A stretch of 64,000 nt of DNA from Trichosphaerium sp. ATCC 40318 (Eukaryota; Protista; Tubulinea), in NCBI GenBank assembly GCA_038496445.1, contig JALMLS010000578.1:503816-567815 (forward strand), written 5' to 3'. Position 1 is the stretch's first letter. The number at the start of each line of letters is the position of its first letter. A program made the translations under genes and the position numbers. Of this stretch, positions 27,335-37,963 are shown piece after piece. Below the pieces are notes generated by a model that worked only from the letters and a program-made list of their open reading frames with translations, did not search any database and was not told the DNA's origin.

Positions 27335-29843
27335 TTAAAAATCGTAGACGTAGTTTGAGGAACTGAACTTGTTCAATGCTCTAATGATAGCTTCTTTAGT
27401 TACTTCTTCTTGTGACGTAGCGGTAGGTAAAGCATAGTTATGACCAACACATTCAGAGCTAAAGAAAGAAGTAAACTCTCTGAAAGAGAAGAAAAAAGAA
27501 AAACAAAACATAACAGTGTTTTAAAGATAGACATGTTTGTGACTGTATAGTACGAAATGACGTACCGGAATAGAGGTATAACACCTGTACAACGTGCTCT
27601 AGCGAAAGAAGGTCCTGACTCACCAACCCATGGGATAAGAATAAAGCGAGACTGTTTGCTAGAGATAGCAACGCCAATAGCCGAACTTGCCTTATGATCA
27701 ACAGCAGATATTCTAAAAGTTCGTTTAGAATACTCAAAGGGGTTACAAAGAAGCCATTTATAAATATGCTGAAGAGCGTAGTCGCTTACAAAATGCGTAA
27801 AACGACATTAAGCAGAACTGAACGTTGAAAAAAAAATAAAAATTGAAGTGCTTGTAAATGCTTTGTAGCGCTTGTAAATCATACCTCAATGCAGCAAATA
27901 CAATAACTTCATCTGTAAAGTACTTTCCAAGTGCCTCAATACCACCATCGCCACTACCAAGCTACAAAAAATCAATTACAAAAAAAAATCACAAGATGAA
28001 AGGTTTTCGTATTTATAATACATTAACAAAACGTACTAGAGTTAATGTTTTACCGCCACTGTATCCGAAAGCGAAAAAATTTGTTTTAGATGCATCTTTT
28101 CTTAAATCATCCCATAATGGCTTTACAACTGACATATCAACTGCGAAACCAGCATACTAACAAAGATTAGACGGATTTTTTAAAGATGAAGGAAGAAAAA
28201 ACTTCTCTTCCAAAAGTATGCGTTAGAACCATACCTTACGTGCAGGCTTAGACACTGGCTTCTTGTGCTAAACAAAGGCTATCAGATGAAGGTAACTGAA
28301 GGGAAATAAAAGGAGCCTGAAAATTTCTAGGTGATGTCCAAATAACGTACTGCAGTGCGTTTGAAAACACGTGATGGTGATTGTTTCTTTGCTGTATCAG
28401 CTGGAGGCTTTGCTGGTTCTTTAGATGCCGAAATATCTTTCTTTTCAGTTGTAGGAGAGTGCTTTGAAAAAGTAAGTTGATACAAAGAAAGTGAAAGGGC
28501 GTACTGGCTTTCTAACAAATTTTTTCCTTGGCGTTTTCTTAGGCTCTGTCTCTTTGACAGGTTCTGGTTCTTTAGCTGGTTCAGGTTCTTTGACTGGCTC
28601 TGGTTCTTTGGCTGGCTCTGGGGCTGGTTCAGGCTCCGGTTCTTTAGCTGGTTCTGGAGTTGGCTCTGGTTCTTTAACTGGTTCTGGCTCTTTAACTGGT
28701 TCAGGTTCTTTGACAGGCTCAGGTTCTGGCTCTTTAACAGGTTCTGGTTCAGGTTCAGGTTCTTTTACTGGTTCTGGTTCTTTGACTGGCTCTGGGGTCG
28801 TTTCAGGTTCCTTTACAGGTTCAGGTTCTGGCTCTGGTTCTTTGGCAGGTTCTGGTTCTTTAACAGGTTCAGGTTCAGGTTCTGGCTCTGGTTCTTTGGC
28901 TGGTTCAGGCTCCTTTACAGGTTCTGGTTCTTTGGCTGGCTCTGGGGTTGGCTCAGGTTCCTTTACTGGCTCTGGCTCTGGTTCTGGTTCTTTAACTGGC
29001 TCTGGAGTAGGTTCAGGTTCTTCCACACGCTCTTGTTCTGTTTCTTGTGGTTTCTCAGTTTCTGTTGGTTGCTGTCCAGTACTCAAACCATTGTCTGAGT
29101 CTAAAGATATTGGTCAGTGGAAGCGAAAACACAAGAAAAAAAAAAAGGGCGAGATTGATTTTTTTAAGTTGTTTCCTTAGCGTTCCCGCAAAACCCACGT
29201 GATGGGAAATTGAAAAGAGCGAAATATGGGGACGGTGAGGCAGTTTAAAAATATTTTAGGTTTAGAGACTTTTTAAGTGTCCAAAATAGTCGTAAATCGA
29301 TCAAAGACGCTAAAAGACGCATTTGTGATCTGTTTTTAGAGTATTCGAAGGTTTTACAAAAAAACTGACGAAAAACGAAAAAAAGTTAATCGCCCGTATG
29401 GTCCTTACAAACGCGTTGTTTTGAAACAATACAAATAAACAACTAAAAGAAACGGTTTTTCTAGAGTCGTGGATTTTTTCTTTGGCTTGTAATTTCGTTA
29501 TTTGGGAAAAGAGCGCTACGAACCTACGTAAACGACATTATTTGTGTTTTTAGCTTCATCTGTTTCGTTCGGTTGTGAAATGTCGTACACCCACTTGTCA
29601 TCAACGACAAATTTGTATGTATACTTGCCAGGTGGTAGAATGAGTTCTGCTTGAAAAGTAGATCTCCCGACTCTGTCAAGTGGGATAGGTTCTTGCCACC
29701 AGTCCCAAGAACCGCGTAGGAACACTTGGTTGCCACCGTGCTTCCACGTAAATACTATGCGAACAAGTTAACGAAAACGGGTCATTTAAAATGCTATTAT
29801 CACCGGAAACGTATGTAATTTAGCGTAACGTACCTTTTGCCAT
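27335..29843 (-). CDS. CBM48 (AMPK-beta-type glycogen-binding) + EPEPVK repeat + coactosin-like ADF-H fusion protein
   Basis: N-terminus [38 protein letters not shown] is spliced in frame to the repeat exon. Later exons give [48 protein letters not shown]. Confidence 0.82.
28535..29025 (-). repeat. coding tandem repeat ([12 protein letters not shown], ~18-nt unit with variants)
   Basis: Imperfect repeats of ggttctggttctttaact-type units are visible directly. Confidence 0.95.
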
Positions 29844-29895
29844 ACTGTGAGGACTATATTATGAAATCTCCTTACCGTTCGCAAAATTGAAAAAA

Positions 29896-31671
29896 ATGCG
29901 CACGGTACACTGAGTGTCAACTGTTTTCAATTTCGAACCGACACGGCGTTTTAAGAGTCGTTACAATTGTGTACTTTGCACTGTTGGTGTTTGTAAAGAG
30001 TGTACGCTTGCGTTGCGGAGTTATCAGTCGATTAAAGATCTATCTTCAGCGCTTCTAACGTGCTACGTTCCTGATGCAATATCTCACTGTGAAAGGGGTA
30101 TCACAGTGTATTAAGCAATTTGTTTCTCTGCCTAGTGCCCAAAGCAAATTATCGCCTGTGTTCTGCACTGAACTACTCAAAGACGACCCACCGCCAAAGG
30201 TACAATGAAGAAAATAACGCTTTAGCTTCAGTTAATTTGGAACTTCTTTAAACTGTGCCGTAAACGCTCACAGTGCTTAAAATAGGCCGTTGTAGTACAA
30301 AAAGTGAAACATCGTGTTGCCAACCCTTTAAAACCGTTTTATTCAGATGAACCGTCTCTACTCTACTGGGCCACGCTACGAGGCGTAGATTTAAACAAAA
30401 AGCCAAAAACAAAGGTGAAGAAACCTCTATTTTGTGTAATTACCTCACATTACGCCTAAGCCGCCACCCAAACCTCTATTACCTCCGTTCGAATCTATTT
30501 TTAAAGACGACGAACAATACACAGTACCACAACGCCCATACTACATAGAAGTAACTTAGTGGAAACTCCCTCGTCGTTTACTAACGCGCTAAAACTAATT
30601 AGCTTGCAAAAGCGATCATTGCATGGATAAAATCCAACAAATTTCCGTTCACTTTTGTACCATTTTCCGTACGTTCCCTAGCGCTTTTACGATCACCTAT
30701 GTGGTTGCTCGCTTCAATACGATAATTTGAAGCAATGACACACTTATTGATGACGTTTTAACGGAACTAGGGACCAGGATTGTCCGGTCAAATGACGGAT
30801 ACTGTTGATAGAATAAATGAAAATACTCCAATGTTTTCTAAAAGAATGTCTGATTGTGAGTCAGAAAATGGCATGAGGGATATCATAAACGATATCATGA
30901 ACGTATGTGATCTATTGAAAGGACTACAAGGTTCCAATATTAATGACGAGTGTAGTTTTTGGGTGAGAGAGGCATAATGACAATGTTGAGATTTCGTGAA
31001 ACAGTTGGCTCTGCTTTAGTGTTACCACCTGGACCTAATCAGCTTTTGGATTCCTTTCGTGTTTTTCATGATCCAGCTTCAGCTAATCCATTAACTGTTG
31101 GTGCTAGAGCATTATCAAAGCACTGTGTTAGGTACGTTTTGAGAAACGCGAGTTGGATTAGTTTTGCATCTGATATTTTTTCTCTTTTGTAGGAGTAAAG
31201 ACACGTGGTGGGGAACTGAAAAAAATACAACTGTTTACCAAAAAAATGTGCATGCAGAAAAGGTCTTAAGAAAGATATTACATGCTGCAGCTTGGATGAA
31301 TGTACACACTCTTCCAGTACGTCAAAAAGAAAAAGTTGTTTCTTCCCTTGTTTAGTTATTCTTCTATTTTTGTGTTCTTTTGTCAGATGCGACGATGATG
31401 TTAGAGCACATCTCCAAATGCCAACTAATGTTTTAATAGCATGACATATATGTACTTGAGATTAGAGAGAAAAACGGCTACGGTACATTGTTTTTCAAAG
31501 TTTTTTTTTGCTTTTTTCGAAGCTAAAATGTAATTTAAGGTGCACGATGGCTTGCAACTTCTCCGTATCATTTCCGCGGTTTCCTAGAGCCTCAAATGGC
31601 GGATGGGCATGAGAAAGGTAGTGCACAAATCTTCTATTTATACTCACCTTGGTGCAGGATGGAAACACTAA
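29896..31671 (+). CDS. homologue of the C-terminal domain of plant 'ASCH-domain' proteins
   Basis: LTVGARALSKH..R..WWG..KN..WMNVH..EIRE..GYGARW..FRGFLEPQMADGHEKGWKH*. The 5' end is uncertain. Confidence 0.7.
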
Positions 31672-32085
31672 CAAGTGGCTATTAAAAAATGGTAATTTTT
31701 TTCGCTACATCAGTACCCTACAACCAGGTTTAGAGCCACTGTTCAATGTAGTTAACAAATTAAATTAGTGCAAGTGCTCAATACAAACTGTCTCATTTGT
31801 CTCCCTCACTGCGGCAATACCATTAATTTGTTATGCTATCTGATATCAGAAAAAAATGTAAAGAAAAACTGTAAACCTCTCAATAAAATATGTTTGTGAA
31901 GTACAAGGGTTTTATGTAACGTATTTGATTACCTCCCGATTAGCATCCTTAGCATTATTAGTTATTTAAAGTGCACTTGTTGTATTTACTGTAGGGTCAT
32001 TACCCAATTTATTCCAATACTCTTGTTAGGCAACACAAAACAACAAAGTCAATTATTTTCATAATTTTAGCGCCTGTGCCAGAAA

Positions 32086-34050
32086 ATGGCAACAAGTATT
32101 CTTACCGCAGACGTTGTACAGCATCTAAATAATTGGAACATTACTGAATCTGTACGTATAACACGCCTATTCACGCACACATAGTTTGATATCATTTTAA
32201 GTGTTGTTATTGTAGCCAGAGTCACAATATTTCGTTGGTATTGATGTAGGGTACTGAAATCTGTTCTTAACGCACGTGGAAACTAACATTCTTGTTTCTG
32301 GATATTAGAGCAACAAATACACGTGTTGTTGTGTCTAATGGGATGAATGGTGAACGTACTGATGGCTTTTTTTATTCGGTTTGTATTCAAACGCTGGCTT
32401 AACACTTTGAAGCGTATTTGTTGGTTCACAAGTTTAAGTGTACACATGCTTCTCTTTTAGTACAAACCTTGAATACCATTGGAGGTAAAGTATACATGTC
32501 CTTATTAAACTAACCGTCATAGACGAGATCTTTAGCATTTTGAAGACAAAGGTTGTACATGTGTTTTACAAGCTTGTTTTAAACGTCTTCCAAGGCCTCT
32601 GGTGGCGTTCTAGACGCAGCTGGACCAATCAAAGATAAAGGCAAAAGAGTATCAATCACGAACTGGTGCGTCAAACTACAGAATAAGTGAAGAATTAACT
32701 GTAGAGCAAAGGAAAGGTGAAGATCAATCATTTTGTATTGATGATATAAGCGATACTTTACTTCCCAGAGGTGCATCACGATTTCTAAATGACTTGGAAG
32801 CAACGTGTTGGGGAATTATTGGGCTTGATAGCAATCGTAAATTTTTATCACATTTTAAAACCTTAGGGCACGTGTTCGCCTATTCTCTTGCATACCTTAT
32901 TTACACTTAAACAGAAGTGACAAAGATACTACCCTAGATCAAGGCAACTGTACGTTATGTGTCACTCACTGCAATCTTTCTTTTTACAGTTTACACCGAA
33001 AGCGACTGTTTTGTTGTTGTATAGTTCAATACAACTATGCTTTGTTATGTACTAACCTTTGATAGATGTGGTTGTATGTGTTGGTACAAATAATGATGGA
33101 AGCATTTATGTCCAATACTAACTATTTAAATTAAGGTACTGGATTAGGGAATGCGTTGATTATTGGAGATGCAGTGGCAGAAAATCCAGCATTCAGAGTT
33201 TTGCCATTGGAAGCTGGTCATTCGTACGACTTTTCATACTGCTTGTTTTAATCTTTGTCATGCTTGTTAAAGTAATGTAATATCATTGGCACATGGCGAT
33301 CCCAAAAGAGAGGAAGACGAAAAGATACTAAAATATGTTTCTTCTGTTGCTGTATGCCTTAATTTTTTCTCGCTATTTTCCTAATATTTTTCGGAAAGTG
33401 GAATCTTGAGTTTGCTGTTGAGTGGGATGGTATGTGGTTAGCTGTGCTTTTGAGATTTTAATTGTTTAAGATATTGTTTCTTCTCGTGGATTAACAACGT
33501 TATATGATTACTACAAAGGAGAAAAGACAAATGTAAATGCTGAAACAGGTAGAGAAAAATGTTTGTACTTTTTTTTTGATCTGTTGTTCTTGTAGTTGTT
33601 TCCTTGGTGTCGAATGGTGACACAACTGCAACTAATGCCCTATTAAAATTCTATGAATATCAATATAGGTTTGCTCAAACAATGTGTATAACATCACAAG
33701 CAAAAGGAGTTATCTTCGCAGGAAGCAATCAAGTACTTTCGGTTTATTTTCTTAGTTTTTATTAGATCATTAAACACTTTGTAGGTGAGCAATTTAGAGT
33801 TCATTGAAGCACACTTAGCTTCTTTAAAGAAGGTTTTTCTTAAGCATAAACGTACTGAGTGGCTTGTAGACGCAAAGGTATTATTAGTGATAAGAACATG
33901 GGTTTTTTTTTACAGCTGATAGTTAATATCCCAGAAAACAACACATTTGAACATGTACGCTATTGATACCTTTAAACAAAGTCACTTACTATTTTAACCG
34001 ACAGGAACTTATTGGGTTGCCTTCATACTGCAAGAAATTTAGCAAATTAA
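32086..34050 (+). CDS. glk: glucokinase, bacterial Glk / trypanosomatid type
   Basis: Spliced motifs GIDVGATNTR, AAGPI, ITNW, LNDLEATCWG, GTGLG, PLEAGH, NLLGC. Confidence 0.85.
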
Positions 34051-34276
34051 AACAATACATGATAACAGCAGGTGAAGAATATTGTGAAAGTAAAGTTGCC
34101 TGTTTACAATCAGCCTTACTTTCTAGAAATTAATTGTCTGAGAGCTTTTGTTGCTAACGAGCTACATTGTAACTTGAGTCAAAAACAAACTTGTCTCTTT
34201 TTTTTTCAACACTTTTGTTGAGTTATTTATTTTCCTTTCACTTATTTTACTGGAAGTCACATAAATGTGAAGTACT

Positions 34277-35527
34277 TTATTTCCAACTTGTATCATACAA
34301 TTTACTCCATGCACATCCTGGAATACCCGATTCGTAGTCATCAATTGTCAAAGCTGGTAGAGCCTTCATGAGGGAGTTCAATTGATCACGTGATACTTTC
34401 TTGAACTTCCATGAACGTCCGGTACATATTTTGTGACGTTCTCCATGCATTACAAGTGTAGAAAGTCTTGAAAGAGAAGATAGGCTTTGAACTCCAACAT
34501 CAGAGATATCAATACAATACGATAAATCCAAATACTCCAATAATACAAGTGAGGTTAACTTTTTAAGCAAGTCATCTGTAGTTCTTGTATGTTTAAGACA
34601 AAGTTTCTTTAGTTTTGTAAGTAATGGTATTTCAGTTAGACTTTGATAACGGTTTGTTCCTGATGTGACAAACTGTAACTTTTCCAATGATGTAAACTTT
34701 ACAACACAAAGGCCTCCGCCATGTGATAGTTTAAGAGATTTTAAATTCGTCCAACTTGATCCGAGAAAATCACTACTGATGCTATAATTGTTATAGCCTT
34801 TGTCAGGAGATGGTAGCTCAAGATGAAAAGATACTAATGAAACCAAAGGTTTGAGTTGAAGTAATAAAGAATCATCAACAGTACATGCCAAAAGCTTGAG
34901 TTTAGTTAAACTTTTTAATGCTGTAATAGGTAACAACCAACTAATTTTTTTGTAAATGTATGTTCTATATGATGTTCTATGTCTTTCTTGTCCACCTAAT
35001 AGATCAAGACGTGTTAGTGTTGAAAACTTACATACTTCCATCAACCCTTTGTTTGTCACTCCCATACCCAATGACAGATGCTTAAGGTTTGTAAACACGT
35101 GTAATTTTGCTATTTCTTCAGAGTTAAGCCATATGTACTTAGCTGACATTTGAACTGATTGTTCCTCAGAGTATAGAGAATAATATGGCTTCAATCTTTT
35201 CTGCCATCCCTTTCTGCTAACAAGCTTCCATGTATAAAACTCTTCTAAGTACTTCGGAGAATTTTTCACGTGCACAGACCTCACATTGTTGATGTAATTG
35301 AAGTTATTGATGATATTGTTGAGAGCTCCAATGTTGTCAATTGTAATTGTTGAGGCAATACCTGTAGACCATAAAAACGTGTGCCACAAAGCAGATGTTG
35401 AAGCAAGGCGACTCTTTGATTTCTGATCAAGGAAGGCGCTTATACAGTACCAAGGGTCAATACCAAGCGAATACCAGTCGGTTAGGGGTTCAGGGGCACG
35501 TCCTATATTCAGATGTAAGCACAACAT
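34277..35527 (-). CDS. intronless F-box/LRR (FBXL-like) protein
   Basis: Degenerate F-box (ISAFLDQKSKSRLASTSALWH) and AMN1-type LRRs (LEYLDLSYCIDISDVGVQSL). Confidence 0.8.
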   Translation of the reverse strand: MLCLHLNIGRAPEPLTDWYSLGIDPWYCISAFLDQKSKSRLASTSALWHTFLWSTGIASTITIDNIGALNNIINNFNYINNVRSVHVKNSPKYLEEFYTWKLVSRKGWQKRLKPYYSLYSEEQSVQMSAKYIWLNSEEIAKLHVFTNLKHLSLGMGVTNKGLMEVCKFSTLTRLDLLGGQERHRTSYRTYIYKKISWLLPITALKSLTKLKLLACTVDDSLLLQLKPLVSLVSFHLELPSPDKGYNNYSISSDFLGSSWTNLKSLKLSHGGGLCVVKFTSLEKLQFVTSGTNRYQSLTEIPLLTKLKKLCLKHTRTTDDLLKKLTSLVLLEYLDLSYCIDISDVGVQSLSSLSRLSTLVMHGERHKICTGRSWKFKKVSRDQLNSLMKALPALTIDDYESGIPGCAWSKLYDTSWK

Positions 35528-35942
35528 TCTAAAAGTGTAGTGGCGAAGTCCTAGACAATAAACATGGTTGCTAGTGCGTACTATCTTGTAGATTAACGAT
35601 ATTATCTCCAGAGTGTATGAGCAACATTAAATTAGATCAAGTGTTGGTTAGTAATGCGACAGCGATTAGAAATTTGTTCTGAAATGATTCCAGTAAACTT
35701 CAAGTAACGTTAGGTGAACTATGGTTGACTTTTTAGAGTCAAAAACAGAGTTGTTCGAATAAAACCAAGAATTATTCTTCACTTTGTTTTTCCCTGGCCC
35801 ATGCTTGTACGTACTGCTTTTAAGCTAATTAAAGTCAAGACGTTTCTGTGGCGTGGAGAAAAAAAGTAGAGGACTTGAACGAATTTAACTGTACTACCAT
35901 TATTATTTTATTGCATTTGTCAACATGGCTTTGTTGTTTTCT

Positions 35943-37700
35943 TCAAGTATAAGAACGTGGTGGTATGAATGGAAAACCACTATTTACAGGATACTCAAAG
36001 TATGGTAAATCAGCAAAATCATGCAGGTGAGGTTCAAATACGATTGAGTCTCTTCCATTCTTTACAACATCAACTACCTTACATTTTCTAATAGTGTTTT
36101 TTGGAAATACATGAGAGAACATCAACCAAAGATATTCGAACCCATCGACTATGTCTTCTTTAGGTATTTTATTTGATGTACATGGACGTCCTAAAATCAT
36201 ATGGTTAAACATAAATAAATACTGTAAGAAGATGTCTTGTTATTCATGCAAACAATATTGGCAACTTTCAGAGTTTTTAAAGTCAGGTCACGTGTTAGTG
36301 TTCTGACTATTGTATACAATGTGATGTATAAGAAAAATTTGTTCCAGAAGTCTTACTTGTTGCCCAAGTACAATAGAACTAGAGTTGACTGATTAAAAAA
36401 AAAACTGTAAGGCAAGTTCTTCCTATTTTTCTCACCGGCCTTGTGGCAAAAGACATAATTTAATTAGCATTTTGATGTGATTTTGATGTACCTAATAATA
36501 TTGGCAATGCTTGTGCATATCTAGATGTCATGTGTACCATTCTTGAATTGCCATAGATAATAATGCTGTTGGATATAAATGTGCTCACTTTAAAACACAG
36601 TTTGTATACATGTGTATGTGATCCTGTTGCATCAGTATCTGTATTTAAGAATATAGTAACATCTACGTTTACAGCAATAGGTTGTACTCTTGAAAAAACG
36701 GTAATATCTGAAAACACTTGTTAGAACTTTAAAAAAAAACTTTCACTATTTTTTTTCCCACGTTACAACAATACTTACAAATGAATTGATCAGTTTCTGA
36801 ATACCCAAAACCATCTGCATCTTCTTCTTCTGAACCAAACCCCATATTTGCTTTTCGTAAATAACACTACATAATAAGACAGTTAGAGAAAAAGAACACT
36901 GCAACTGATGTTTAAAAAAAGGCTAAAAACAGCTCTACGACAAGATTGCATGGTGAACGCACGTGATTGCTGCCGTCACTCATTTTATATTTTTCTTCCA
37001 TATTAATACGATTCATTGTGTAGTGTTTGTAAGTCATCATGTCAATGTCTTCACACTTTATGGCTTTGGTCAATGAACACTTCCTTAATAGTAAATATAA
37101 ACAAAACAAGCTACTATTAACTTTCTTCTAGTAAGTACCACTCTGCGTTCGCCCAACGCCTCCAAAAATCGTCTGAGGTTATAAATTGACACCATAGCTT
37201 ACAAACTGTAGCATTATTTGCCAAATCTTTCCCTGTCAGGCCAAGTAACACCATTTCCAAAATCTCTTCTGGGAACGCCTAAAAAAGCAGTTAACGGTAG
37301 CAATCGTCTTAAAAATTAAGACGCACAAGAAACATGACACGGGCATCTTCGGACATGGGAGCTGATTTTTGGACTTTAACTTGCGATACTGATAGTTTAG
37401 AACTGCTAGATTTGTCTTTTTGCGTTGTTTCGCCTTTATTGATCACTGCTAAGAGCGAAGCGCCGTATTTCGCTAGTTTATCGTCTGTAAAGCCTTCTAT
37501 GGCGCTCAGATCTTTAATATTTGTTGGCGCTATCTACAAACTGTTAAGATTAATAAAGCGGACGCTATGACTCGTACAGTGGCTATTTCTCGTAATATCT
37601 GATCAGTAACAACTTGCTCGACTTCAACGCCGTTAGAAGATGCCAATTCTTTACGAGTCTCAACTAATGCTTTGTAAAGCTTCGTTCCAGAAGTTCCCAT
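35943..37700 (-). CDS. HRDC-domain + F-box protein
   Basis: N-terminal LYKALVETRKELA..DQILREIATIAPTNIKDLSAIEGFTDDKLAKYGASLLAVI (HRDC), then FPEEILEMVLLGL..ATVCKLWCQFITSDDFWR (F-box). The C-terminal region is unassigned. Confidence 0.78.
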
Positions 37701-37963
37701 TGTGAAATTGGATTAAACGTCACTGGTTTTTTTTTCTGTGAAAACAGGTACACAATGTAGTTTTTGTTAGAGTTCTTCTAGTTTGAGTGAGAGACAACCA
37801 AGTAACATAACTAAATAAAGAAGTCTTATCCCTGGACATTGAAAGGAGCATTTTCCTATACCATCTCTCATGGCTTTGCAGTGACCTTTGGCAGCACATG
37901 TTTTTGTATTTTTTTATTTTGATTAATTGTATTTACAGTTATTTTTTACCGAAGTGATTGGAC

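Noticed and set aside
28491-29180. 229-aa Gly/Ser-rich ORF resembling silk or ice-nucleation proteins
   Set aside because: It is the antisense shadow of the EPEPVK repeat exon, which is spliced into a real gene on the minus strand.
31700-32030. Exon-like fragment on the minus strand (EYWNKLGNDPTVNTT)
   Set aside because: In-frame stop and no identifiable family; too short to call.
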